A stretch of 62,912 nt of DNA, the filler included, from Choristocarpus tenellus KU-1152 (Eukaryota > Protista > Phaeophyceae): assembly GCA_964200185.2 (NCBI GenBank). It is 10 parts of 10 records of this genome, joined end to end, with 100 filler letters (N's around TTAATTAATTAA, not from the genome) between each part and the next. Parts side by side here need not be neighbours in the genome. Positions count along the whole stretch, not along the records: positions 20,717 to 25,828 come from CAXNAD020011830.1; positions 25,929 to 32,690 come from CAXNAD020007405.1; positions 32,791 to 37,565 come from CAXNAD020013107.1; 7 more parts are not named here. The stretch is one strand, 5' to 3'. The first letter of the stretch is position 1. Every line of letters begins with the position of its first letter. This document shows positions 23,941 to 35,939 of this stretch, piece after piece. The notes beneath the pieces are model-generated. The model searched no databases. It worked only from the letters and a program-made list of their open reading frames with translations, and was not told the DNA's origin. The position numbers and the translations under genes are program-made.

Positions 23941-25828
23941 GTTATCATAAACGTGTATGATCTCCACCCGGCTAACGAGTATGGCTACTCTTTTGGGCTG
24001 GGCGCGTATCATAGCGGTGTTGAGATAGGAGGCAGGGAGTATACCTTTGCGGGCGGAGGAGGAATCTTTGATCATTCTCCCAGGGAAGGTGTGTGGAAAG
24101 ATGGATAGAATTTTTAGAGCCTAGTTCGGCTCGTTCAAACTTCTACAACCGCAGGACTTCTCATCCTGTCTTTGTGGGAGTGAAAGGGGAAACTAGCAAT
24201 CTCGAATATTTTTAATGGGCAGCATTAAACACGAGGAAGGGAGCTGTCTCATTATACGTCTGCATCACTGCAATCCTATCCCCAAACTCGATCAACAGGC
24301 CTGCTTATCTCATGTCTCGTTTTGCGGCACCAACACTCTGGAAGCTCAACCATCCCGATTTGTCCATGGCAACCCTTGTTGAAGTATTTGCCTTCATGCT
24401 TGTTTGTTGCTTTGGAATTCGATACTGGAAACGTCTTCGGCATGAGTCCTTACCATGCCACCTGTTTCCTAGCATCCCATGAACGCCTGGGGTATTGTGG
24501 ACAAGCTCTCGTGGTTGGTTGTCCGAAAGAGAGGCCCAGGGGTAGCATGCTGTTGCTCAGTTTTTACATCCTAACTCGCCTTGAATAATCAGAACATTGT
24601 AGCCTTCCATGTGTAGGCTTACATACAACGTTTCCAATATGAATGTGCTTTGAACATTAAGCTGAGTGTGGGTGGATTGCTCCTGTACAAGGAGCATTTC
24701 AGAGATGGTGTTGGAAACGTTAGAAGCATTCTGTGTGTTGCCTACGAGGGAAGGGGAAGGGTTGGTTCATCTCGACAGCATGGAAAAGGGTCAATCTTCC
24801 TAATCGTGGGTTCATCTCCCGGATCAGCGACTGCTCGAATTTTGGACCGCTTTCTCCAATTGTAGTTTATATCCTTGATGGCTCACGTGAGAGGGAGGGG
24901 ACAAATCCTTTGGCATTTCGTTTTAAATTTTAGGGTACCTTAGTATCCTGGATCTTTTCTGATGGGGGAACCCCTCTTATGTCTCTTCTCCCTGGTAGTG
25001 AGATGATGAGTTCCTCTCACCACACACACACATACACCCCTCCCCCCTCCCCTTCTCCACCCACCCTCTTTGCCCCCTCTGATTGGAAGCTCCCAATGCT
25101 CGTTTCCGGGAGGCAGTAAAAATGGGAACCTATCAGGGGGGAACGTCGGAGCTCAACCGTGCCCTTGATGCACTTAGGGAGGAATTTGCCCTCCATCGAT
25201 ACAATGTTCTATCCAGAAATTGCAATTCCTTTTCAAGTGCCTTGTGCGAGCAACTCCTGGGACGGCCTGGTCCTGGTTGGATAAACCGACTCGCCTGGAT
25301 GGGTGGGTTTTTTGCTTTGGGACAGATTTTTCTTGTCCAAATATGTGTAGGTGCAAAAATGGTAGCGTCATTATTTTTGTCTTGACACAGGTCTATCTAT
25401 CCACCAGTTGTGTGCTGTGGTAGCAAGTGTTAATGAAGGCCAACTGTAACTGTAAGTGTAACTGTCAGATTAATTCAGAATATATATGCTTTGAGGTACA
25501 AAGTCTACATTTTTCGTATGTTGGACTTGCATAACCCTCTCAGTACATGGACTGATCCCCACCCCTTTCATTTTCCCCGTCCTTCTCTTCCCTTTAGCCC
25601 CCGAAAGCACACTCCATCTCACTCATCTCACTCTCACCCCCCCACATACGGTCTTGTGCCCTGTTTGCAGGGTCGTGGTTCTCCTGCCTGGTGCCACCCC
25701 AAATGCTGGGGGAGGCTCCTGTAAACGAGGGGGGGGCTGGGGGTGGAGGTTATCAGATGATAGCTCCGCCAGGGAGGATGATGGGGGGAGCTGGGAGGGG
25801 GGGGGGGAATGGAAGGGACCCTGCCTTC
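23941..25828 (+). CDS. DESI2: PPPDE/DeSI family deSUMOylating/deubiquitinating isopeptidase (partial)
   Basis: Exons 23941-24088, 25090-25302 and 25671-contig end read VIINVYDL...GLGAYHSGVEIGGREYTF...YNVLSRNCNSFS...PGWINRLA. The catalytic His (YHSGV) and Cys (NCN) are present. The first exon is unresolved (candidate ATG at 23241). Confidence 0.92.
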
Positions 25829-25928
25829 NNNNNNNNNNNNNNNNNNNNNNNNNNNNNNNNNNNNNNNNNNNNTTAATTAATTAANNNNNNNNNNNNNNNN
25901 NNNNNNNNNNNNNNNNNNNNNNNNNNNN

Positions 25929-26115
25929 GGGGAGCTAGGGAGGCATCCCAAGAATCCGACAGACTCCTCCGTGCCCATCTCCCTGATGACTCTAGTTTGA
26001 AGCGCATGACACGTCGAGACAATGCCACTTGCGTAGTCACCGAAACAATTTGGCGTAGCCTGGATTGAACTACTCCTTTCCGGCAGTGTCCTCCTGCTCC
26101 TCTCCCCCCTACTAT
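25929..26115 (-). mobile_element. CRE-like retroelement fragment
   Basis: Clear nucleotide similarity to 41933-42115 (GGAGCTAGGGAGGCATCCCAAGAATCC...). Confidence 0.75.
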
Positions 26116-26459
26116 GTGAGTAGAATCTATTTTTTATCAAACAAAAGTAGTCGTAGGCAATTTATTCTTGTCCCCAAACGACGACAGAGCGATACCCTTG
26201 CTGCATGTGCTTTCCATGTGCCTTCAAGAGTAGTTAGGTGTAGATATGTATTGAACATTGCCCTCTCAGCGAGTTCGTTTCAATGGAGCTGTGGTGGTGC
26301 AGCAAGCACCACATTTATACCACCCCTCCACATTTTTCCACTGTCGCGTGTATATTAGTATTCAATTGCACTCCGCAAGGATATTATACAGTACAGTATC
26401 CAAAACCACCATCGATCTAACGTAGCTGCACCCCCCATCGCATGCACTGAGTAAAAGAA

Positions 26460-27510
26460 CTCATTCGCTGATAACAAAACCGCGACTGCAAAAAATATCT
26501 CGAATGTCCGCTTGTTTAATTGCCCTCGCCCCGATTGCACTGAGCCAAGCCAGTTTTGCTTTCCAGAGATGGTACGAAACATCGTTCATGCTGCACTCTT
26601 CGACGGTTGTTTCTAAGCTTGAAAACTCATCAGCTACCTGAGAGTACGACGGTGGAGGAATCGAGAACATCGAAGAGGCTTCTCCTTCCTCATAGTCCCC
26701 GATGCGCTTCCCCCTCCCATACACCCATCGTCATCCTTATCACCCGTGCTTTCACTGTCAGACTGGTACAAGAACTTTCCCAGCAGCTGGTCTTTCATGT
26801 GCTCTAGTATTGCATTGGCCAATTCATCGTTGTCTTCCACACCAATCCACGTTCTTGCTGCATTGATGGAGGCCTGAGACGGTTTTCCACTGGTTTTGAG
26901 GTGCAGAGCGTCAAGAGCATTAAAGAGATCCTCATAAATTTATAGGGACACCTTGTGTTCAACGTTACCTCTACGAAAAAAAATGGCCATGTGTCATACT
27001 ACAGTGCATAAAGACTATTCAATTACGATCACAATCAACCTACTATCAGATTTCAATCCACACGCTGACGCACCTTGGTATGTTGGCACTCTTCGTAGAC
27101 TTGGCGTCAGACTTTAGCGTCTGTGCGTTTTCCATGATGGTTCTTGCCTCCATCTTCGACTTATAAGGGTGTTGTGACCGATTCCAAACTTTTGAGCAAC
27201 CGCAGTTCCCATCATGATCTTCAGAAGTTTCAATGCTTCCACCTTCTAAGCAAAGCTCAAGCATTTACGATTGCTGGCACCGCGAGGCTTGTAGGACACG
27301 GCTTTCTCCGTAGATATTTGGCAGCACCTCCCCCTTGCCCTTGTTCTTGTTATCATGGCGCTTCGACGCAGTGTTGTCACTGGCTGGAAGACTCGAAGCC
27401 TTGCGCTTGATGTGGCTCAAGCACAATTTGCGCACGTGTTTCATTTTGCTGGCACCAAGAGGATCCGCGACGCCACGAATGCAAAGAAGATAGTCGTTAC
27501 AACGCGACAC
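26460..27510 (-). mobile_element. Degenerate pogo/Tigger-like transposase C-terminal remnant
   Basis: Broken frames end in an acidic linker and PPPSYSQVADEFSSLE...YHLWKAKLAWL...KQADIRDIF, a QxxIxxxF tail typical of pogo-type transposases. Family assigned by pattern only. Confidence 0.5.
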
Positions 27511-30500
27511 TTATGGCAAGTATAGTGTGGTGGATCAGGAGTATTACCCTGCATGTTGTAGCTGGATCCTGCTGTGCAGGACATCGTTGTATCTGAACAA
27601 TTGTAGTCATTTAACCCTTGATCTGATATACTGTGTGTACTCTACTGTGCATTACTGAGAGATAAAAGACTGCTATGTAGTGTACTAGAGGTGTTGAGCA
27701 GCAGGTTTGTCCCTTTGTTAGATTTTGCTTAAGTTTAGACATGACTTTTTGGTAAAACCCCTCTGTCAAGTAGTGAAAAAAAATGGAAGTTTGCTCGATA
27801 TAAGAGAGTGTTAGCAGGAAAACGCCGAAACTTCTCTTATATTCTGAAAAGTTGTGACAAGACAATTTACTCTCTCTTATATCCCGTATTCTCTAATATC
27901 GACCTCTCTTATATAGGTACACCGACTGCATATTATTTATTGGTATTGATAGTATTTATGGTTTGTGTGATAGTCATCTTCCAACTAAGACATACCTTGA
28001 AGGTGACCCACCTTCAAGGTCTCTTACTCCTAGGACATATACTCTTGCACGCTGAGTGATCTTCTGAGGGATTGCTCTCCCTCCTGCCTTGACTCACCTT
28101 ATTCCCTTCCTCCTGTGGGTCTTCCCCCTCCCCTTCAATCTGAAGAACCTGTCGGCCTGTTTTCCGTCTGTTTCACATTTATAGCAACGATCTCCCCAGT
28201 TCCTTCCGAACAGGAGACATCATTGTTGAAAACTAAGGGGTATTGAATTACGAAGTTTTTTGTCTACAAAGTATCTCGGATACGGTAGCTGTTACTACAC
28301 TTGCATATATATGTCAACAGTAATATGCATGGAAGCCTTTTACAAATGTTGTCATGTAGGGATAATATTTTCTTGTAAGATTTGCAGCCTTGGTTTCTTT
28401 TCCTCCCCCATTTAAGATGAAAGCACACCTAGAAATGGCTGGTTAACATTCCACATGGAATTGGTCGCATCATCTCCAAAGGGATCACAAGTCACAACAT
28501 CAGACAAAACAAGTCAATGTGTAGAAGGATATGAGGAGGTTGAAGAAGGTTAAGGTGAAAGTATCAGTGCCTTTCGAATCAGATATGGATATCAAGTGGA
28601 TTTCCACAATAGAAGATCAAGGAACATACCTCATGGTGTAGTACCTGTAAGCAAAACAAATTATTGGCTTTGCGGAGATGGATATATGGGAAATCAGGTT
28701 GGAGTTGTGGTTAGTCAATATGAAATACTATTGTTCCAGAACTTCCTTTAGTTTCTAGTTTGTTTTGATCTTTGTCGAATTTTTGCTTTGACACACCTTC
28801 TCGAGATTCCTAAAATGCAACCCTGCCAACCTCTCGATTGGGTTTTGGCTCATTGATGGTTTTAGTGGACGAGAGAGATGATAAGATTACAATCTCTTCG
28901 TACTCTTGACTGTGGAGTAAGGTTTTGGGTGGATCCTCGAGTATACTTGCCATTTTTTGACCCATAATGTTCCTATGAAGTGCTTAGTCAGAGTGCTTAT
29001 TGAAGTTTATAGTGGAAGAGGGAGAAGCTAGGATTTCAATATCTTCGTGCCTTGAAATAAAGAACATCCTCAGAAATATGGGAATTAGTATTAAAAACTC
29101 GGCCCAAAACATCGTCAAAACCTGGAGGAAAAGGTGCTAAAAATATTCCTCAAAACACGTCATAGTGATCGAAAGCAGTCCCAAATGATTCCATAGTGAT
29201 CCATAAATAAACTGTTCAACAAATGGTTCGAAACTGAGGTGAAAAGGTTGAGAGTGATAGTCCCCCAAACCTTGGTGATTTCCTAAGAAGGGGTGGTTCC
29301 CCTTTGCGCATCAACACTCTCCACTCTCGAAATACCCAGGCACGTTGCTGAGCTGAAGAACCACAGCCAGGCAGGCAGCAGAATCACTGATAGGGGTGGA
29401 AATGGAGAACACTTTATACTAAGTTAATGTATGGAAATGATATGGATGGAACATATTTGTAGTTACCTAAATTGTTTTAGGTCGAGTGGCAAATTGTCTC
29501 TTTAAAATATGAAGTGTCGCTTAACACTTTGTCAAGATTTGGTTGACATGTTTTGCAAATCCTTCCTCAGAATTATTCTATATATCGGTAGAAATCATAT
29601 CACAACCACTTGGGTCAAAGTATCTGTGTGTGTGTGTGTGTGTGTGTGTGGTTTGCACTGGGGCGTCCGTTTCGGCCCCGACGAGGTGAATAAAAAATCG
29701 TGGAATTAATGTCTTCAGTCGTGGAGGGTTTGTTCATTTTTGATTTTTTTTCGCTTGGGAAGCGTTTTATGTTGTGCGCTTGGCGCCTGGATATGTGTGG
29801 ACAGTGTGATTATGGCTTAGGAAAGTTGCCGTTATGTTCAAAATTTGGGGTAAGGTGGTTGTTGCCGTTTGGATTAGGTGTGGAAGAGGGGTTACCTGTT
29901 GTAAAATTTCGTCTTGTGTTTTAGATGGCGGTATCGAGTACGGGATGTTTCTTCATCTATGTTATTTTTGCTATCTTTCTGTCAATGGCTCTTCAGCCCG
30001 AGCAACACAAAGAGGCGAGGGGGAAGGGTTGTGGGCTGCATACACACTCCGGGTCATGACCCTGGACAAATTGGGTGCACTTGGATTGACGTTGTTATTG
30101 GGTTCGACACTGAGTCGATTGGTCTTAGCACCATACTGCATACACGTCCGAGGGTTGGTTGTGTGAGAAAGACGGTCTTTGTATGGTTTGCATGTGTAGG
30201 GTTGGAGGGATCAGAGCACGCAGAGTAAGGGAAGACATAACCATTGCGGTGCAAAGTATCTGGAATTTAGCTTTCACATTAGCCAGGGCAATAGGACACA
30301 CGCACGAAAATCTTGAAATCCGATGTGTAGGTTTATGCAAGCATAAAAAAAAAAAAACTATCGACACTTTATCCCAGTCAATTTTTGGTCAAACGAATAC
30401 AAAAAGAAAAGCTAAATAATAAATTATNNNNNNNNNNGTCAATTTTGGGTCAAGCCCATCCTCAATGAAAAGCTCCATCCTCAATTCTTGAAATCGGCTG

Positions 30501-30817
30501 TTACATTTGCAAATTTTGAGGATATAATAGAAAGGGAAAGTTTATGAAGTACTCTGATTTTTTGTGGGTGGAAGAATTTTGGTGGAAATGTGGTACAGGG
30601 GAGGAAGAGGTGAGGAAGGAAGAAGAAAAAGTAGTCAAGGGGTGAACGAAGAGTTAAATACTGAGTGTGTAGGAGGTAGAAGAGGCAGGAGAGAAGATAA
30701 AGAAGTGGTTGGTAGATGGAGGCACAATGTGTGAATGAATTGTCAGTATGTAATGAAAACCGAGGGCTGGTGGTACAAGACAAGGAGCGGTTAGAACAAG
30801 ACAACCCCCAAGTAAGT

Positions 30818-31245
30818 AAGGGGGTTCACACTGTTTGTTGATTGGAGATGGGCTGTGGCTGGAAAATCAATGGCGAAAGGACTTCACATTGGTTGGTTAT
30901 CACATGGGAGGGGATGACTGGAAATCAGCGTCAAAGGGGGTTCGCACTGGCCCAAAGTATCTGGGGGCGAGGGGGAGTTTACACCAGGGTGTCCATTTGG
31001 GACAAAACCAGGAAAAGTGCACTTTCATTGTCCATCTAATGTATGGAACCAAATCACCCCAAAATCGCGACATGGAAAATTGGCCCGAATTGGGCAGCCA
31101 CCCCCCCCCAGATACTTTGGGTCACTGGTTGGTCATTGCAAAGATGGGGTGACTAGAATTCAATTGGTTCGCATTAGTTGGTCAACGCATGGGGAGAAGG
31201 TGACTGGAAATCAGTGGCGAAGGGGTTCGCACTGGTTGGTCACAA
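30818..31245. repeat. Degenerate ~45-60-bp tandem repeat (GGTTCGCACTGGTTGGTCA...GTGACTGGAAATCAG), about 5 units, one carrying a MITE
   Basis: The recurrent motif is visible at ~30823, 30882, 30939, 31166 and 31224. Confidence 0.75.
30949..31123. mobile_element. MITE type C, TSD ACT/ACT
   Basis: TIRs GGCCCAAAGTATCTGGGGG / CCCCCAGATACTTTGGGTC. An empty paralogous site lies at 31221-31243. Confidence 0.9.
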
Positions 31246-31854
31246 GTGGTGGCACAATAGGGAGGAGGAGAATGGGTGGAATGCAAAACATAGAACAAGA
31301 TAATAATCCAGATTTCGTGAGCAAAACAAAAATAATTTACATCTTGCCAACTAATATTTTGTAAAAAAAACGTTGTCATTGAGGAAGGGAAACAAGAATA
31401 AGCACATAGGTACTTACCACATATCTAACGTTCCATGTCTACAGAAGAGTATATTATTTAATATTATCATGCTTTCTAAACATACACTTACACCCACTCA
31501 CATTTTGCTGATGTTGTTATGGGAGGAACAGGGAGCGCAATTTTTTTTTGGCAAAGAACAGATAATACAACACGTCAAAACAAATCAGAGTACGAATCAG
31601 AGGCGAAGAAAATGAGAGTTAGGCAGGTTTGTGCCCTTTTGCATTCTGACATATTTCTTACTTGTGCAATTACACCCTGTTGCATTGCTGTATTCGCAGT
31701 GTACGCAAGGTTGATATTCTCGCTCCCACACACATGGCAACACTGCAATTCATCAATGACTCTATTTGCAATTGTATGCAATGACGACATTTTTGCATTT
31801 ATCGGGATCCTTTTAATACAACGTGCCTACCTTTCAATTACTTTAGCCCTGTCC

Positions 31855-32150
31855 AGACGTGTCATGTATTTATAAGCTGGAGTCACCAGGGAGATGGGCA
31901 AGGAGGACCTTTTTAGATTCTTGGGATGCTTCCCTAACTCTTCACCCTGGGGTGCAGGAATAGCTAGGTTTGGGGCACAGGAAGGCAGTGGTACAGCATA
32001 GCTGGTAGTAAAATAGCAAATAGATTAAGGTTTCTCCCATTTATGACAACTGTTACTTCTTTAGGGATTTTTCAGAGATGAAAATAGTTTCCATTGTTTT
32101 TTCCCATGACACATCTGGAAAATGTCAGAGGGCATAATAATATAAATTAC
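31855..32150 (+). mobile_element. 5'-truncated CRE-like retroelement 3' end
   Basis: Reverse-complement match to 41725-42020. Ends TGTCAGAGGGCATAATAATATAAA. Confidence 0.75.
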
Positions 32151-33016
32151 TTTGGGTCATCAGCCACCTTTACCGTGTGAAAATTGTAAAACAGAGTACT
32201 ACTGTGGTATGTACATCTTTGTTTTCGTGATCTCAGTAACCAAATTTTCGTATGTGTACTACTAATGAAAGAGGTGGAACGATTAGTGAGGGTATTATAT
32301 AGTTTGTTATTTTTGTTGTTGTATTTCCTTCCTGACCACTTTTGGAAAGTCTCACAGTAGAGCTTTTCCCAGGCAAAGAGAAGAAAGAATTGTCGACGAA
32401 TGAAAGTTTGTGTGAGTTATTTAAGCTCTAGAAAACTCGCCAACCACAAGCCATTAATTCACATTATTTATCGTATCGAACTTGAGGGAGAGAGGGAGGG
32501 AGGTGGTAGGTTCTAGGAATAGGATTCGGCATCACTACCCCATACTCCTGCTGATGACCTAACTTCATTCATCAAAATGATCCCACCCTCCTCACTCCAC
32601 ATACACATACACTGCTTCCAGAATAAGGGGGTCAAAGTATCTGGGGGGGGGGGGGGGGGGGGTTGTGGGGGGGGGGCCTTTTGGGGCAAANNNNNNNNNN
32701 NNNNNNNNNNNNNNNNNNNNNNNNNNNNNNNNNNTTAATTAATTAANNNNNNNNNNNNNNNNNNNNNNNNNNNNNNNNNNNNNNNNNNNNGCCCTCCCAA
32801 TCCCCCTCCCCAACCCCCCCCCCCCCCTACCCACATACTTTGACCCATAGGAGAATGTAGAATCGAGTCAATTCCCAATTCTTTGTAAAGGTAGGTACCC
32901 TCTAGAATGTTGCGCGTAATATTTCTGATTTATCAAGACAAAGTCTGTAAGGGAACAAAACCCCTCCTGCGAAAACTGTAGTAGAATGGCATCCTTCATC
33001 TCTCTTCCCACTTCAC

Positions 33017-35939
33017 CTTCCTGAGTACTTCCAACTCTTTGGCCTCCCTATATACTTTTTGTTGAAGATGTCGAAATTGCTCTGTCTCCTCAAAGTCTTC
33101 CTTGAAGTTTAACTCCATTGTTTTGAGCACGTCCTTTCTGGCCTCATCAAAAATGTTGTAGCTGGATAGGATCGATCATTGGTAGTCAGATCAATGATAG
33201 AAGTAGACAAGTCAGTCAATGACCGTAAATGGATACGAGAGAAGGGCCACAAGGTCATGTAAAGGGTCAGCGAAGGAGTAGGAGGGAAATAAAGTAATCA
33301 GGATCATTTCCGAGCAAATCAGAAATATAGACACTTCGATCTTCAGTGGTAAGGCTAGCTACATGTATTGTTGCACACTGTCAAACTGAAATTCCTCTCG
33401 ACTTCCCTCTTTAGGGTATACAATACATTTTCTGAGGGTGTCACAAGCGATGAGGGAGGAAAGAAGGTGGTGTAAGCCCAACTCAGAGTCAAAGGGTATC
33501 CCAAGAGCTCCATTATAAGACAAAAATAGAAAAGCGCTATGTCTTGCTAACGTAAGGATTGCACACGCGCATGGTGATTTTGAGAACAAGGGAAAGAACA
33601 GACTGTGGCAACACACACATACATTATATACACTTTTAAACCTCCACAACGTAACCATGGCAACAAGCACCAAAGACGGGGAATGAAGGCAAGAGCAGAC
33701 CTTGGGAATATAAATGGACAGAAAGAAAGAGGGGTTGTTGAGTGGCTTCAGGCTCAAAGTATCTGGGGGGGTGGTGGCTGTTCATTCAGGGTCCATTTTT
33801 CCATGTCACAATGTTTGTGTGATTTGGTAGCATGTGTCGAATGGATAACATAATTGCACTTCTCCTGGTCAGGGCCCGAATGGACCCCCCCCCCCCAGAT
33901 ACTTTGAGTCTTCAATAACACCTATATCTCGATCGTACATATTAATGTCCAAATTTTAAAACAGATTTCATTAATAACAACATATTCCTACGAGATTCTA
34001 ATTATTATAAAATTAAAGTACTAGCACAGCATACATTAATACCAGTTGCTGCAGTCTCACGCAAAATGTAACAAATGATATACTCCTACATCAACCTCTT
34101 TCTATTCCTCTCCTCAAACTGGAAACAAAGATGTCCTAAATAACCTACTCGAGGTAACATTCACTATGTATGATGGTACCATCCCACAGATCACCGATGT
34201 TTGCAAGGCCATCACCAACATTTAGCCCCTTTAGTCCTGGATGTCCATACACAACCGACACAAATGTTCCAATATGGTTTTGGATAGGAGGCCACTTTGC
34301 CCTTCCCACCTTTCTTTGTCGACAGGTACTAATATGAAAAGATCCCTGTCAAAGATAATCATTTTGAGAAAAAATCCAACAATGCAAACAAATTTTTGCT
34401 TGATCAGTGAATACTTGAGCTACAGGGGCAAGATGTTTATCCCCAGTACATATCAAATATAATTGAGACCTGGTTCCACGTTTTATCTAATACTGAGCTC
34501 ACCTGGTGATTGGTGCTTTGAGGATATTCTCCCTCACTTCTGCAGACAAGTTCACCTGATGTGGGGCTCCCTCCCTGACATAGGTGTCGATTAATTCCAT
34601 AGTGACAGCCTGCCGATGGAAGTAGCCCTCTAATTGGTCCCGGTCTAAACATGCCTGCCCAATCCAAAAAGAAACAAAAGTTACAAAGGCCGCGTTCTCC
34701 ATGTGGCATAGTCATGTTGCATGGTCCTGGGGCCCTTTGTAATGTATTACTGGGGTAATTGCCCACTTGACCTGCAAATATTAGTTTCTATGCATCATGC
34801 AGACTAGTCTCAACCAATATCTTCCACCCAAGGACCTCACGATTTTCTATATCAAGTGGCTCTAGAGACTTGAGGGACAAAAAGCTCCAAATTACATAGT
34901 TGGGTGTTTTCTTAATCAACACCGTCCAGAACAGGGTCAATTTCATGGACAGTGTATTTTTCTAGTTGTCCATACTTGACAGTGGTAGCCTAATTAGTCA
35001 TTAACTCATCGACAGTGACACAAAGTCACAATTGACGAAGAGTTTTTATCGTGTTTTTAGATGTGTCATTTTCAACACAGCGCCACAGTGACGCCATTTA
35101 GTAAGGATGAAATGCCTTTTGTAACTTAATAGAGTCCATATGTAAACATGCATTGGAAATCCTTTTGATTGAAAAGGACTTAGCAGAGACTGCATAAATA
35201 CGGCCATCTTGTTTCATCTAGCGATGAAGCTGTGCTTAACGGATTGGAGTCACTCAAATATTGCGCTAGATCCACTCTACACAAGGAAACGGGACATCAC
35301 CACCTCACACCCTTGTTCTCTCTCGCGGGGAACGTTCTTTGAATCAAGTATGCGTCAGTTTACACTTTACCACTTCTTTGTCTATCAACCCTTCACATAT
35401 CTACACGCTTGTTCAGGATAATAGTGTTGATAAATACCTTTTTTCAACATATGCATCCTGGGGACTGTAAGAAGGAGGAAGTACATACATTTGATCAGCA
35501 GAGGAGGACAGACACATGAACCCAAAGAAACCCAAAGAAATCCAAATTCACCCAATCTGCAAACTGCATCTGTGTTGAACATTTGGGATTGTTTTTTGCC
35601 TGCCAATGCAAATATATTTTTTAAGCAAGCTCATTCATTTTTTAGAGGGGACATAGCATTTCTGTCTTTATCCTTTCAGCATGATCACATCGCCATCACA
35701 TCTCTATCACATCTCCACTCAATCCAGTAGACAACACCTCCATATCTCTTTCCCGATCTCTCCTTTAATTTTCTTTGTCAAATACACAAATTCACGCAAC
35801 ATACCATTGCACCCTGGTCCGCTAATGCACTCACCTGATAAAAGTCGGGCAGCTCAGGGGACACACGTTTCAAAGCAAAACTCCGAAACTCCTCTCTCAA
35901 TTCTTCAATTGACAATTGGTTCTTGAGCGATGATTTCAT
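33017..35939 (-). CDS. RGS (regulator of G-protein signalling) domain-containing protein, partial
   Basis: Exons 35939-35835, 34654-34503 and 33161-~33017 are phase-compatible. Translation: LSIEELREEFRSFALKRVSPELPDFYQAC...LIDTYVREGAPHQVNLSAEVRENIL...IFDEARKDVLKTMELNFKEDF. YVxxGAPxQVNL and FDEA are RGS hallmarks. Confidence 0.88.
33751..33910. mobile_element. MITE type C (opposite orientation), in RGS intron
   Basis: GGCTCAAAGTATCTGGGG...CCCCAGATACTTTGAGTC. Confidence 0.8.

Noticed and set aside
28040-28260. Possible gag zinc knuckle (RCYKCETDGKQ) on the minus strand
   Set aside because: The His and last Cys are missing, and no LTR or pol context was found.
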